A stretch of DNA of 64,000 nucleotides from assembly GCA_009859145.1 (NCBI GenBank), contig VRVR01000018.1, positions 191,688 through 255,687 of the forward strand. The letters run 5' to 3'. Source of the DNA: Andalucia godoyi And28. Taxonomy: Eukaryota; Protista; Jakobida. The notes below the pieces were generated by a model. The model saw nothing but the letters and a program-made list of their open reading frames with translations. It had not been told where the DNA came from and did no database searches. Both the position numbers and the translations under genes were made by a program. Positions within the stretch are counted from its first letter, which is position 1. Every line of letters begins with the position of its first letter. Shown piece by piece: positions 11,031-22,735 of the stretch.

Positions 11031-12192
11031 AGATTCTGGTGAGCCCATTCTCGAGTTTGAAAATGTGCACAAGACGTATCTCCTTGGTGTCGAGGGAATT
11101 CCGGCGCTACGGGGCATATCCTTGAAGATACACCGTGGAGAATTTGTCATTGTGTATGGAACATCTGGCGGAGGAAAAACAACTTTGCTGAATATCATTG
11201 GAACCATTGACAAACCGACAAAAGGCTCCCTGCGCATTGGTGACACACGCATTTCAGCCAGTACCAAGGACTCGGATCTTTCGTCTATTCGACTTTTTCG
11301 ACTGGGATTCGTTTTTCAGACATTCAACTTGCTTTCTGCAATGACTGCTCGAGAAAACGTAGAAATGCCCATGATTCTGGCTGGCAAGCTTAGCCGAAAG
11401 GAGCGAGAAGAACGAGCACTGTCCTTGCTGGACAAGTTCGGAATCAAGGCACGAGAAGGCCACTTACCTTCTCAGCTGTCTGGTGGCGAGCAACAGCGAA
11501 CGACAATCGCTCGTGCAATTGCAAATAACCCTGATATTTTGTTGCTGGATGAGCCCACAGGAGATCTTGATTCATTGAACACAATGATTGTCATGGACCT
11601 GCTGTTCCGATTGAATGAATCGGAAGGGATCACAATGGTTATGGTTACGCATGATCCCAACCTCAAAAACCTTGCGAGTAGGGTGGTTTACATGAGAGAT
11701 GGCAAGGTGTTTCGAGAAGAGTACACGGATCCCGAGGTTAGAAGACTGGAATATGTCAAGTTGGTAAGTCAGCTGAATGCAGCCCGCATTGAACGCGGAT
11801 TGGTGCAAACATCTCTCGACAGCGAGGAAGAAGAAGTTGTACCCCAGTCGTTTACTGCTGCAACGGAGTTTCGCACACCTGCATCGTATCACACCAGTTC
11901 CGCTCAAATTCCTGTTTCCGAAGAAGAGCTTGCGCTGTCGAAACGGAAAGATTTCAACTTTGAGGAATTTCTTCGTGGTTCTGTTTCCCATCTCAGACAT
12001 GTCCAGTCTCATGATATTGTGGACAATGCAGCCAGTGGATCCTCGCGCTCGAGGCAGTTGACAGTGGCAACCAACGAAGGTGCATCGACGTCGACTTCTG
12101 CGGCGTCGACACCATCGGCCTCCGCTGTGACGACGCCTTCGAACAATCCGGACCGCAATTTGAAGCAAGATGTACTAATCCCAATATCATGA
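10821..12192 (+). CDS. Stand-alone ABC ATPase, LolD/MacB/SalX type (AbcH-like); intron 10864-11032
   Basis: Walker A GTSGGGKTT, Q-loop GFVFQTFNLL, signature LSGGEQQR, Walker B ILLLDEP, H-loop VTHD. A phase-1 GTATGT...ACAG intron joins MQHDSTCDTNTDES to NSGEPILEF in frame. Confidence 0.88.
10944..11028. repeat. (TG)n microsatellite inside the ABC ATPase intron
   Basis: About 42 TG units read directly. Confidence 0.98.
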
Positions 12193-12335
12193 TGCGTCAA
12201 ACAAAGGAAGAAGGACCATTGTTTGCAGGCGCGGTGGTATGGATATCTTTCTTATCTTTTAAACTACGTCCGAGAATAACAAGTACCGTCATAAAACGGC
12301 AACGAAACAATCTATTCGCCAGCGTAAGCTTCGTC

Positions 12336-12987
12336 TCATGGATAACGAGTACTGCCCTGCGAAGAACCACGATATCCCGTGCCAGGAGGCGGAGGAGGAC
12401 CAGAAATGTTCTGGATTGATGGCAGTGGCGATTGGTCGTACGGGGGGCGCTGCATTATGGATGGATGATATTGTGGGTGCATTCCGGGAAATCCAGGACC
12501 CTGAGGAGGTGGTGGAGGTCCAGTAGCAAAGTACGCACCAGGAGGAGGAGTTTGCGACGGAAACGGATACGGCCCTTGCGGATGATTGGGTGTCGGAACT
12601 CGCTGCGGAATCCCCGGATGGCCCTTCTGAATCATCATGGCGCCAGGCTGTGGCGACGCAGACTGCGGCGGATGCCCCATGTAATCGTACTTCGGATGAC
12701 GCCCTGCATCTTGCGGGGCGTACAGAACATCCTGGACGTTCACCACAGCTGATCCTTGACTGACACCTTTGGGATCCATAGGCTGCACTCCAGGTACAAG
12801 AACACCAACGGGACTGTGAGGAACAACACTACCAGACTGACTCTGAGCAATTGGCATTGCCGGATGACCTTGACTTTGACCAGGTTGTGATTGTTGGGCC
12901 TGAGAAACCTGTTGACCCTGCGACGCTCCTGGCTGTCCTGTTGGCAACATGCCCAATTGCTGCTGCAAATGCTGTTGCTGTTGTTGT

Positions 12988-13046
<59 letters not shown>

Positions 13047-14490
13047 ATAGATCCACAATGCGATCACATAATGGGTTGCACAACGGTTCATGCCCTGTAA
13101 CATCTTTGGAACAGGAGTGCGTGGAAATGACCTTTGCGAAATTTGACGTTGTGGAATTGGGCCAGGTGTCCCATACACAAGATGATTTCCCACCATGCCA
13201 GGATGAGGTGCTCCGGGATGATGATGATGTGCGTGCATCAACAGCTGCATCTGCATCTGCAACACCACTTGAGCAGACGGGAATTCCGCGCTCAAGCCCC
13301 AGTCTCCATTTGAATAGTGCTGCATAAGCAACGAATCCAAGACAGCCAAATTTACAGGCGGCTCGGATAGCGTGAGACGTGCCAAGAACGCCTCGTCAAG
13401 AACGTCCTTCGTGAGAGGCGAAAAGTGAAACTCCTTCTTTTCGGGGACCGCGCGGGGCTTCTCGGGAGGAGCAACCACCTCTGGACCTGTTTGTGCATGT
13501 CCATGTGCGTCAACGCCATTCGCAGCTTCGGCAGCATCGCGCTTTCTCTTTCTCTTCGGCTGCGAAGGCGCAGCGGCAACACCGCGATCCGCAGACGGGT
13601 GGACTGCTGCTGTTGCTGCTGCAGTACCAGTCGCAGCAGCAGCAGTCGGTTGCTGCTGTTGCAACGAATGCTGGAGTTCTTTTTGCGACGCACCACCCTG
13701 TTTGTCGTCATCAAACTCTGCTCCCAGAAGATCGTCCTCGGAAACCGCTTTCCGTGCTGCAGCTTTTGCACTTCTGCTCTGACTCTTCTGCGGCGCCGCA
13801 GCGGTAGTACCGGTGGTGGCAGCAGCACTTCCCGCAGATCCTCCACCAGACTTCGTACTCCCGGTCTTTGCAACAGGAGCTGCTGGCTGAGAACTGCTCG
13901 CTGCTGCCGTGAATTCGTCGTCATCATCGGAAATCTCTTCCTTTACCTTCCGTGACGAAGCACGTGATTTGGAGGCAGTAGGCGCAGAAGGCGCAACAAC
14001 ATCGTCACCTCCATTCAAGCCCGGAACAGATGCAGCATCCAAGTTGAACATATTCAACGCCAGTCCAAGCAGCGCTTCCGCTCCCTCGGCGTCCGCAGTG
14101 TCAATCAGCGCCGAGTCCTCCAACGACCGGCCTCCTCGAGAAGCCTTTTTTCTTCCCACTCCTCGTTTCTTCTGCTGTTTTACAACATTGAAAAATTCAG
14201 TTAGAATCTGCACGAGGGAAAGTAGGACAGCGCAAAAGAAAACAAAAGAAAAAAGGAACAAGAACAGAGCAGAGAGGATGATGACATACTTTGGAATCGA
14301 CATCGGCCGTTTCCTGCATTTGCTTAAGATCATTGTCTCCAACGGATTCGTCGAGAGGTGTAAGATACGTCTGCAGAGGCTTTGAACACGTTTGTGTGCC
14401 AAGCTGTTTCTGCACATACTGTGGAATGCTCATTGTCCCAGGATCCTCCGCGCCATCACGACCGCGCCCACGACCCCTTCGATTCGACAT
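12336..14490 (-). CDS. Uncharacterised low-complexity Q/P/A-rich protein (possible transcriptional cofactor); intron 14175-14289, possible second intron 13320-13355
   Basis: Exon 1 (MSNRRGRGRG...DVDSK) is followed by GTATGT...CTAAC...ACAG and splices in phase 0 into the long ORF. PolyQ tract and Pro/Gly-rich C-terminus. No family recognised. Confidence 0.7.
12970..13046 (-). repeat. CAG/CAA polyglutamine tract
   Basis: Mixed CAG/CAA triplets encoding roughly 25 Q. Confidence 0.95.
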
Positions 14491-15206
14491 TGATGCAGCA
14501 ACACCCTCTTTTTTTTCTCTTTTTTTTCCCCCTTCTTTGTTTGTTGTATTCAACAACAAAAACAAAAATAGCAAAAACAGCAAAAACAGCAATAAAAATT
14601 AAAAAGTACGAATTCTAATAGGAACAGCAGCAATTACAATACTAATGAAATCAATGAAAACACAGCAATGCGCAGAAACAGAGAAACCGTGATCGTCCGA
14701 TGAGTGAAAGAAAGCTGTCAATCCACGCAAGGTCCGTTTCAAAGCAGGGATGCGTGTAGTGCAGCCAGGCGGTACCGATCAGAGAAACAAGCAACAGAAG
14801 ATGATGAAAAATATAAAGAGAAAAAAAAGTTGAAGAAGAAACGGAAGAAACAAAAAGAAGAAGAGACAAAAAGAAGAGGAAAAAGAAAACAGGCTTTCTA
14901 TCGTGTTCACTCTTTGTTGTTGTTGTTGTTGTTATTGTTATTGTTTAGTTGTTTGTTGTTGTTTGTTGTTGTTTTTTCCCGATTCAAGAGTCTGTCGCAA
15001 GGCATCAAGTAAACCAGGGGTTCGCTCGCAGCCCGCCGAACTGGGCTCGAACTCGGGATAGCTTTGGGGAAAAAAACTGTGGTCTTTTTTTATCTTGTTG
15101 TTTTTTACTTTATTATCGATTTGTTTTTGTTGCAGTATTTTTTTTTTATTTTTTTTTTTTGGGTTTTTAATCTTTTAATTAGAAAAACAAAAGAAAAAGA
15201 GAAAAG

Positions 15207-15728
15207 ATGATTCTTCTTCGCGGATCGCGTTCGTATGATCTGACGCTGGGATTGTTTTTTGCGGCGTTTGTGGCAGTCTGTGCGCTTGTTGAAGCACCGT
15301 ACTGCGCGGGATTTCCAGTTTCTGCGGACTCTCCTATTGCGAGTCTTCGTGCGTCGTACGACTGGTGCAAAACTGCGGATGTTCTGTTTCTTGTACGACC
15401 GTTGTGGGTCCAGGTGGCGACGTGCTTCCATGCATTCTTCTTTGGACCAATGTATTTTCTCTTCGCCGTGTGTCTGGTGTTGCGCATCCAGGCCATTCGC
15501 ATCCCTGCGCTCGTCGTCTGTGGAATGAAGCTGTATGCAGGTGCGCTTTACATGGCTGGCAACCTTGGCGATGCGCAGTTCGCACCCGTCAAGCCTTGGC
15601 TGTTTGTCCTCCAATCCTCCTCATACATGATGATCCCGTTCCTCATGATGGTCAGAATGGCACGGCCAAATCCATTCGGGGCCGCTGCAAAGCACCAATC
15701 GGCTGTCGCCGATAAGAAGCGGAAATGA
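15207..15728 (+). CDS. EXPERA-domain (EBP/TM6SF/TMEM97-like) membrane protein
   Basis: Four hydrophobic segments. Pattern LVEAPY...YDWCKTADVLFLVRPLWVQ...FHAFFFGPMYFLFAVCL...IPFLMMVRM. Confidence 0.7.
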   Translation: MILLRGSRSYDLTLGLFFAAFVAVCALVEAPYCAGFPVSADSPIASLRASYDWCKTADVLFLVRPLWVQVATCFHAFFFGPMYFLFAVCLVLRIQAIRIPALVVCGMKLYAGALYMAGNLGDAQFAPVKPWLFVLQSSSYMMIPFLMMVRMARPNPFGAAAKHQSAVADKKRK

Positions 15729-15805
15729 TGCGCTTCCGGGTCCTTGTCCATGCACTGCTTTTGCGAAGACTCCTGAGCGAGGTGGGCGGGTGAAGCATCA
15801 TCCAA

Positions 15806-15855
15806 AACAACAACAGCACAACAACAGCACAACAACAGCACAACAACAGCACAAC

Positions 15856-15903
<48 letters not shown>
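15806..15903. repeat. ACAACAGC-type repeats followed by an (AAT)n microsatellite
   Basis: About 16 AAT units at 15856-15903, read directly. Confidence 0.95.
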
Positions 15904-15904
<1 letters not shown>

Positions 15905-15976
15905 TTCTCCACAAAAAGACATGTCATATATGTACACACACGCAAGAAGACATGAAACACATTGCATCAAACTACC

Positions 15977-15979
15977 ACT

Positions 15980-16007
<28 letters not shown>
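15977..16007. repeat. (AC)n microsatellite
   Basis: Read directly. Confidence 0.95.
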
Positions 16008-16010
<3 letters not shown>

Positions 16011-16093
16011 TACGACAAATTCGCCGTGATTGGGGTGCTGCGTGATCTGTATTCTCCAAAGAAAAGTCCAGGCTGGAAGAGCAGAAAACGGAC

Positions 16094-16662
16094 CTACTCT
16101 GGCTGTGATCCCGTTTCTCTGAGCATCCACGCTCGATATTCCTCAAATGCATTGGCCATATGCGCCGTGGCGTTTCGCAGTCTCATTTGCAGCCAGGAAT
16201 ACAGCTCCTTTCCTTCAAACACGACTCCATCAAGGACATAGTACACGGCAACAGTAGACACATCTTGTTTGTAACGCATCTCTGCATTGATTATCGTGAG
16301 TCGCGGAGGCTCGCATTGCGCAACGCGGTAGCGAAGTCCATCGACAACATCTAGCGCTTCAAGAGGCATGTTTCGCATCAATGCAATCTGGTTCAGCGAA
16401 GTCCGATCATAAAAGGAAGACGACATAAAGCTACGCATGTCCCGATCACGCTGCTGCTGCACATACGTCACATTCATCTTTGTGCTTTACAAACTACCAA
16501 AACAGCAACAACAACAATATACAAGAAGTACAAAGAAATAATAATTTTTAAAAAACAAGAAATGCGAGAGGGACAAGCATGCCCACCTAAGCGCCTTACG
16601 TAAAGAATCACGTGATGCTGGGGAACCTCACTTTTTTCCTCCTTCTTCGCGGACTGCACCAT
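16094..16662 (-). CDS. MED6: Mediator subunit 6; intron 16478-16599
   Basis: SFYDRTSLNQ, EPPRLTII and AVYYVLDGVVFEGKELYSWLQMRL match the Med6 domain. The GTAAGG...AAG intron is phase 0 after a 21-codon exon 1. Confidence 0.82.
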
Positions 16663-17020
16663 CGCACCGCTGCATTCTCAAACCTCGAATGCTTTTCATT
16701 TCACTTCTTGTTTCTTCTCTCCTTTATTTTCTTGTTTTATTTAAATTTATTATGTTTTATTATTATTATTTGTGCTTTTCATACCTTGTTCCTGCATATT
16801 TTTTGGTCTTCCGAGAGATTGTGAATTCCTGTGTCGAGTGAGTAGAGGTATTTCCAATCTCTTTTTTTTTCTCATAAAAAGTTGTAGGTTCTCCCGCTGC
16901 CACCGCGACAAATAAGGACCGTTCTTCGTTGTTGTTGTTGTTGTTGTTGTTGTTTTGTGTGTGCGTGTGTGTTTTCCTGTTTTGTTTGGTTTCGTTGGGT
17001 CTTTTACAAAAGAGTAAGAG

Positions 17021-20000
17021 ATGGACATTACGTTTGACCGGTTGCAGACGTTGATGGTGCAGCCGTTGCCGGATGCGCATTACACGCATGCTCGGCTCGT
17101 GCATGCGTCTTCTTTACCGATTCCAGAGCCTCTGGTACGACGTGCTGACCCGCAATTTCATGCAAAGCCTCCTTCTCGAATAGATGCAACCTGTCTGTTC
17201 CCGATCATCCATCGTGCGTATATCACCATTGACGAAACATTGTACATGTGGGACTATCTCTATGGTGGGTTTTTGCAAGCGTACAAGGCAGATGATATTA
17301 TAACTGCGGTGCATCTGTTGAAGCCGTCGGAAAATGTTCTGGTGCCCTCCATTCCATTTGTGATTGTGATTTCCACTCTGAGAACTGTCTCGCTCGTTGC
17401 TCTTGTTCCTTTGTCGGGGACGGGGGGTCTGGCTCCAAACTTGAACAGTCAATTCGGTGGAAGCGGTGGCATGTTGCACGCTTCCTCCAGCAATATTGAT
17501 TTTGCGCTGGAGCCGACTCCTATTCGAGTCAGCTCCGAAGATCTCATGTTCACGAAGATTGTATCGACTCTTGACGGTAGAATATTCATGAGCGCTAATG
17601 ATTGTTCCCTTTATGAGTTTTCCTATGGAATAGTCGGAGCACGACTAGTCAATTTGTGTACTCCGAGCTTTTTGCAGTCATTGCTTCCATCTTGGCTTAA
17701 TCCAACACATTCTGCAACGTCGAATGAAATCGTGGATTTGGCGGCTACAAAAGACGGGTCCATGTTAGTGTTTGCTCTGCGGTCTTCCGGACTTGTTGAA
17801 TGTTGGAGGCTTGGAAAGCGTATTGTGACGTACAAGCCACAGGGCGAGACACAGCTGACTGCGATCCGCGTCGTTGGTGATGGTGGACGAATTCGTTTGT
17901 TCGGGACGCTATCCGGAGGATGGGAAGAAGTTCAAATTGTTGCCACTCATCAAACGTCAGTTACGTCTGACCCTGCATCCGCGCATGCGACGTACAAGCT
18001 CGTGTACGACCGACCAGATTCATTCGGGCCGGTTCGTGAGGGTGCTCCAGGATCTCCGCTGCACGCTTTCTTCGTTAGTCGAGATGGTCTTGTAGTTTTA
18101 GGCGCCGCCGCGTGTACAGACGAATTGCAGACGGATTGCATCATGATGGCTGGATCCATGAGTCCTGTGCCCATGCGTATCGAAGGCCGCACTCGAGAAT
18201 TTTGCGAGGCAACAGATGATCAGTCAGCGGATGGAATTCGTTCGTTCGTGGTTTCCACTGCCGCTGGTCTCCATTTGTTGAAGCGGCTACGAATCAGTGA
18301 TATTCTTGAGGAAGAGTTATCCAAGGAAGGGCATGCTATCCGACCTGAGAGCTTCGGTGTCAATGAAATAGAGTTTGCGGCCTTGCTTTTGACTGTCATG
18401 GAACACCATCACCACTACTCATTGAGTGGGTCGTCTGGTACATCCGCATCTGGATCCGTTTTGAATGGCTCTGTGCGCCTCAACTCGACAACCACTGCCG
18501 GTTTGATGAAGAAGCTGACTTCAGTCGCGACGAAGTGCGATTTGATTCTCTCGAATTCTCACGAATTTCCTCCAGATCGCTGTTTTGAAGGAGCGCTTCA
18601 TCTGGCAGCACGGTTGCTCAAGCCTGTTGCGCAAACTCCTCTGCGGCAAGCCGTTGCGCAGGGCTCCTCCCATTTGTATTCTTCTTACCTTAGTGCATCT
18701 CTTCAATCGCTGTCTCGCAATCGATTTGTGGTCTGTACGCCGCTGTCGAAGATCTTGGATCGGGCGTCTCAGCTCATCGCATTCGGTTCGGTTCTTATTG
18801 CTGCCAAACTGCCCGCGACTGTTGTTTATGCACCGCAACTTAATGATTCGAATCCCTTTCTGTGGGAACTGCTTAGAGACCCCGCTAAGGATGAACAGGT
18901 TCGGCAGATTGTCCATGATATTCTAATGCGGCTACCTCAAGTTCTCTCGGCCTCTGCTACCGCAAATAGCGTAAGCAACAATCTCCTTGAGGCATTGGCT
19001 CAACAGTGCCCGCACTTCTTTAGTGGATCCGAGCGTGCACGCGCAGAAGGGCTGGATGCACTTGCACAAGGAAGATACTCGGACGCCGAGCGAATCTTCG
19101 CAGCCCACAAATTGCTTTCAAAATTTGAAGACGCGCACACCGTCACGCAGCATGTCCTGCAGGCTCGTGAGAAGGCAGTTTCTCTGGAAACGAAGAATGT
19201 GCTTACCTTGCATGCCGTTTCACTGGCTTTGCTTTTCTTGTCGCATCCGTGTCCGGATGTTTCGTCCACCGAGGACGCTCTCAATGCCCAGGAGCGCATT
19301 TGGAATACTGTTGTAGTACCATTTCTTGCTAGTTCCCCAAGTGTGTTCCAGAAAGTTGCAAACTGCGATTCCTATTCTGTGCATACTCGTTTGTACGATC
19401 AGATGTTCAAGAACGGTCAGCGAACGGATCTGCTGAAACTGCCTCTGTCATTGAGCAATTCCTCGCCAGCCCATGTTTCCCTGGTTACGAGCTTTGTGCG
19501 CCGATTTTTGGAACAGCGAGGAACAGCCGAGGATCTGTATGAGTTTTACATGATGCTGTCGCGTCCGGGCGATGCTGCGCTGTACATGGCGTCTGTTGCT
19601 TGCGACAAATCTGTTGGAATGCCCTTGGAGAGTCGCCTACGGTATTTGCAATATGCTCGAGTCGCTGCCGCAGAAGCTGTTGTCTCTCCCTTTCCTACGG
19701 CGAACAACTTGGCATCGATACCGTCATTGCAACAGAGTCAGCTTGCCTCTGCTGCGCAGAAGATTGCACACACAATTGCTGTTGCTAGGGTGCAAAAGAT
19801 TGCGTTGGACGAGCTGGAAGAATACGGACTGTTGGATTCTCTTGACCAGCATTCCAAAGATGCAATCTGCAATGGGTTGATTGATGTGCCAGAATTGTTT
19901 GACTCCTTTGCCGTGCAATACAAGTTGTACAGAACCGCGATTTCTTGCTGTCATGTTTCGAGGATTGCTGGACAGGATATTGCAGACTATTGGATCGGGG

Positions 20001-20461
20001 CCCTTTCTCGTCCTGAAGTTAATCCCGGTCTTGTTTTTGTTACATTAGTGGACATGTACAGTGCAGATGATCTGTGCTTCCCAATCAAGCGCATCGTGGA
20101 AGTTGTCGAGTCGCCTCGTCTTGGTCCTCAAATTCCTGATTCGGCTGTCATTCTTTTGAAATCACAGGTTGACCTGAAAAGGCTTGTGGATGCATATTGG
20201 TCTTATTTTTCAGATTATGAAAGGTCCAACCCGGAAAAACTGCGTCGTGCACTTGTATTCGTCGAGTTTCTAGAAAGTATTCAATCTCTCCAGAAAGCCG
20301 TGGTCACCCCTGCGAAGTCCGCGGTGATTTCCGTTGACGACAAGTTGAATCGAATCCGTGTTCCGACGGAAGCTCTTCGTCTTGCCCAGGCCTTGGCAAC
20401 TGTTCCCGGTGCTGGAGAAATCGCTCCTAGGGTAGAAGCCTTGCGCATAGCTCGGCAGTAA
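17021..20461 (+). CDS. NUP155: Nucleoporin Nup155/Nup170
   Basis: LFPIIHRAYITIDETLYMWDY, TLDGRIFMSANDCSLYEFSY and LESRLRYLQYA motifs. 1146 aa, beta-propeller plus helical solenoid layout. Confidence 0.85.
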   Translation: MDITFDRLQTLMVQPLPDAHYTHARLVHASSLPIPEPLVRRADPQFHAKPPSRIDATCLFPIIHRAYITIDETLYMWDYLYGGFLQAYKADDIITAVHLLKPSENVLVPSIPFVIVISTLRTVSLVALVPLSGTGGLAPNLNSQFGGSGGMLHASSSNIDFALEPTPIRVSSEDLMFTKIVSTLDGRIFMSANDCSLYEFSYGIVGARLVNLCTPSFLQSLLPSWLNPTHSATSNEIVDLAATKDGSMLVFALRSSGLVECWRLGKRIVTYKPQGETQLTAIRVVGDGGRIRLFGTLSGGWEEVQIVATHQTSVTSDPASAHATYKLVYDRPDSFGPVREGAPGSPLHAFFVSRDGLVVLGAAACTDELQTDCIMMAGSMSPVPMRIEGRTREFCEATDDQSADGIRSFVVSTAAGLHLLKRLRISDILEEELSKEGHAIRPESFGVNEIEFAALLLTVMEHHHHYSLSGSSGTSASGSVLNGSVRLNSTTTAGLMKKLTSVATKCDLILSNSHEFPPDRCFEGALHLAARLLKPVAQTPLRQAVAQGSSHLYSSYLSASLQSLSRNRFVVCTPLSKILDRASQLIAFGSVLIAAKLPATVVYAPQLNDSNPFLWELLRDPAKDEQVRQIVHDILMRLPQVLSASATANSVSNNLLEALAQQCPHFFSGSERARAEGLDALAQGRYSDAERIFAAHKLLSKFEDAHTVTQHVLQAREKAVSLETKNVLTLHAVSLALLFLSHPCPDVSSTEDALNAQERIWNTVVVPFLASSPSVFQKVANCDSYSVHTRLYDQMFKNGQRTDLLKLPLSLSNSSPAHVSLVTSFVRRFLEQRGTAEDLYEFYMMLSRPGDAALYMASVACDKSVGMPLESRLRYLQYARVAAAEAVVSPFPTANNLASIPSLQQSQLASAAQKIAHTIAVARVQKIALDELEEYGLLDSLDQHSKDAICNGLIDVPELFDSFAVQYKLYRTAISCCHVSRIAGQDIADYWIGALSRPEVNPGLVFVTLVDMYSADDLCFPIKRIVEVVESPRLGPQIPDSAVILLKSQVDLKRLVDAYWSYFSDYERSNPEKLRRALVFVEFLESIQSLQKAVVTPAKSAVISVDDKLNRIRVPTEALRLAQALATVPGAGEIAPRVEALRIARQ

Positions 20462-20636
20462 AAAGAATCCTTTGCGTTCTTGTTATTAGTATTAGTACTA
20501 GTACTGTAATGAATGCTTCCCAAAACAAAAACAAAAAAGCGAATTTTTATTTTTCTTCTTTTCCTTGTATAGTTTTACAAAAACTTGTGTTCGTCTGTGT
20601 CCTTCTGCAGACCACATGCAAGACGCAGAATCGCAG

Positions 20637-22271
20637 CTATCGGCATTCCCAAATCTTGATCTTTGCATCGACCCCTGCAGACGCAAGAACTACATGCTTC
20701 GATAATGTGCCCCAGGAAGCCATCCCCAGAGCTTGCACGAAGTGGTCATGCGCTTGGGTAATCTTCCGAACGCACCGACCCGTGGACAGATCCCAAATTC
20801 GGATGGACTTATCGTCGCTAGACGACAAGAGCAGTCGAGGATTTTCGGGATGAAAAACAACGCTCCTTACCCAATTTTCATGCCCAGATAATACGCAAAG
20901 AACTTGAGAATCTGCAGCACCAGAAGCCGAGTGAGATGCCGAAACGGGAACCCTCCACAAGACGATATTCCGGTCCCGTGAGCCAGAAGCAACATAAATA
21001 TGGCCAGAATCAACAGCAGCATTATCATTCGTGGAACCTGCGAGGTGCGCGTCTGTGGAACTTGCGGTTGCGGTTGTGTTCTTGTGAAAGCCGTAGGTTT
21101 GCGCTAAAGTACAACGGTGTGGGCCTGGAGCGATTGCGACGCATTCAACAATATGAGAATGTTGAGACAAAATTGAAATGCAGCCAGAATCAGAGTTTGC
21201 AGATGATGACGCAGATTTCGGAACGCGAAAGATACGAACTGTGTGATCTGCCATTCCAGCAGCCACAACAGACTCTGGAGATTGGATTCCGGTCTCTAGT
21301 GATGTGCGAGATGTACATTCCACAGACGACACGCATTTGATCCAATTCGAATTTGCCTTCTGAGAGCCTATCCCAGAATCGACAGCAGCAACGGATGCCA
21401 CAGAGGTAGGATGAATAATGCGGAGGCAGGTGCCAGAGTGAGGATCCCAAACTCGCAAGGAACCGTCACGAGAGACACTCACAAGAACTCCCACAGAAAC
21501 TGTGTTGGAAGACGCTGACAACAACGATGATGACGAAGAGGAAGAGGAAGTGACAGGAAGAGAAGCACGAACTGCGACAGAACCACTTTTCGGCGGAAGG
21601 GAGCCTGGAGATGAGGTAAAAGCCACTCCAGAAACTGCGTGCTCATGCCCTCGCAGAACTAAACAAGCCTTATCACCGTCGTTGCCATCCAAGGCACGGA
21701 ACGCATCAACGCGCCACAGTCGGATCGTTGTGTCCGCAGAAGCAGTAGCAAGAAAACTTCCAGATGGGTCAAACGCAAGGCAAGTCAGGGGCCCAGAATG
21801 TCCTCTCAGAGACCGGTCATAAGATCCAGATTCGAGATCCCATAAACGCACCGTGGCATCCTCGGATGCAGACGCAAGAAGCGCGTAAACAGGATGTATC
21901 GACAAACTAGTAACGGGAGCTCGATGGCCACTCAAAGTATGCAAAGCAGGTTGCTCAGGATAGTAGTGCGAAACAGCAGAACCAGATGGAGCAGAGGAAA
22001 GTGGCGCTCGGCCGTGATTTGCATTTCCTGCAAGCGACTGTGCCTGTGATAATCGCTCTTCAAGATCGAGGACTTTCCTTTGAAGTCTTAGCACGGAAAC
22101 CCACCGTTTTTCAAGAGTATCTGCCGCGACGGAGGCAGCCGCAGCTGCGCCAGTCTCAACCGACGAGAGTTCATCGGCAAATGCAGCGGAAGCAGCTGGA
22201 AAAGATGGCTGACTCTTTAAATAAGCGAGAATAGACGAATGAAGTTCGCTGCGTTGCGCGGACGTCAGCAT
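20637..22271 (-). CDS. PAFAH1B1: Lissencephaly-1 / NudF dynein regulator
   Basis: LisH MLTSAQRSELHSSILAYL, coiled coil LEKRWVSVLRLQRKVLDLEERL, WD40 repeats (GHRAPVT, ASGSRDRNI, GHENWVRSVVFHP). ATG at 22271. Confidence 0.93.
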   Translation of the reverse strand: MLTSAQRSELHSSILAYLKSQPSFPAASAAFADELSSVETGAAAAASVAADTLEKRWVSVLRLQRKVLDLEERLSQAQSLAGNANHGRAPLSSAPSGSAVSHYYPEQPALHTLSGHRAPVTSLSIHPVYALLASASEDATVRLWDLESGSYDRSLRGHSGPLTCLAFDPSGSFLATASADTTIRLWRVDAFRALDGNDGDKACLVLRGHEHAVSGVAFTSSPGSLPPKSGSVAVRASLPVTSSSSSSSSLLSASSNTVSVGVLVSVSRDGSLRVWDPHSGTCLRIIHPTSVASVAAVDSGIGSQKANSNWIKCVSSVECTSRTSLETGIQSPESVVAAGMADHTVRIFRVPKSASSSANSDSGCISILSQHSHIVECVAIAPGPHRCTLAQTYGFHKNTTATASSTDAHLAGSTNDNAAVDSGHIYVASGSRDRNIVLWRVPVSASHSASGAADSQVLCVLSGHENWVRSVVFHPENPRLLLSSSDDKSIRIWDLSTGRCVRKITQAHDHFVQALGMASWGTLSKHVVLASAGVDAKIKIWECR

Positions 22272-22735
22272 CTTCAGAAAAGAATTGCGCTTTGCGTGGA
22301 CAAAACGACAAAGACAACAGGTGCAGTCCACCACGCCACAAGCAGCGGAACAGGTCGCGAAGAACGCAGGGAATGATCTTCGTGATTGTGCAAATGGACT
22401 GATGGTCCATTTCGTTAAAGTGTTTCCCTTTTTACAGCAGGAAACCAGAAAGGCCAACGAGCACAGTCGCCGTTTGCGCCGTTGCGACATCGCCAGTTCG
22501 CACCGCGCAGGACCCAGGGTGAAAGTTGAAAACGCCGTCAGCTGAACTGGACTGCAGGATGAAAATGAGACTATTCTCTTTTTGAAGGTCGGCCGAGCAA
22601 AGAACGGTGCCAATATAATGTTTGCCTATCATCTCAGTCGCGTGAACCAATTTTTTGTAATGCTAACTTTATCTCCAACAAAACTAAAACAAAGAATGGA
22701 AAAAAGGGAGGAAAGGAGGGAAACACTGAAGGACT

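Noticed and set aside
15018-15056. GTTCG...CGAAC hairpin with a tRNA T-loop-like GTTCGAGC on the minus strand
   Set aside because: The T-stem does not pair and no D-arm, anticodon arm or acceptor stem can be built.
15726-15782. ATGATG...CTGA, a possible C/D snoRNA after the EXPERA gene
   Set aside because: The C box is imperfect and overlaps the stop codon, there is no terminal stem, and I recognised no rRNA-complementary guide.
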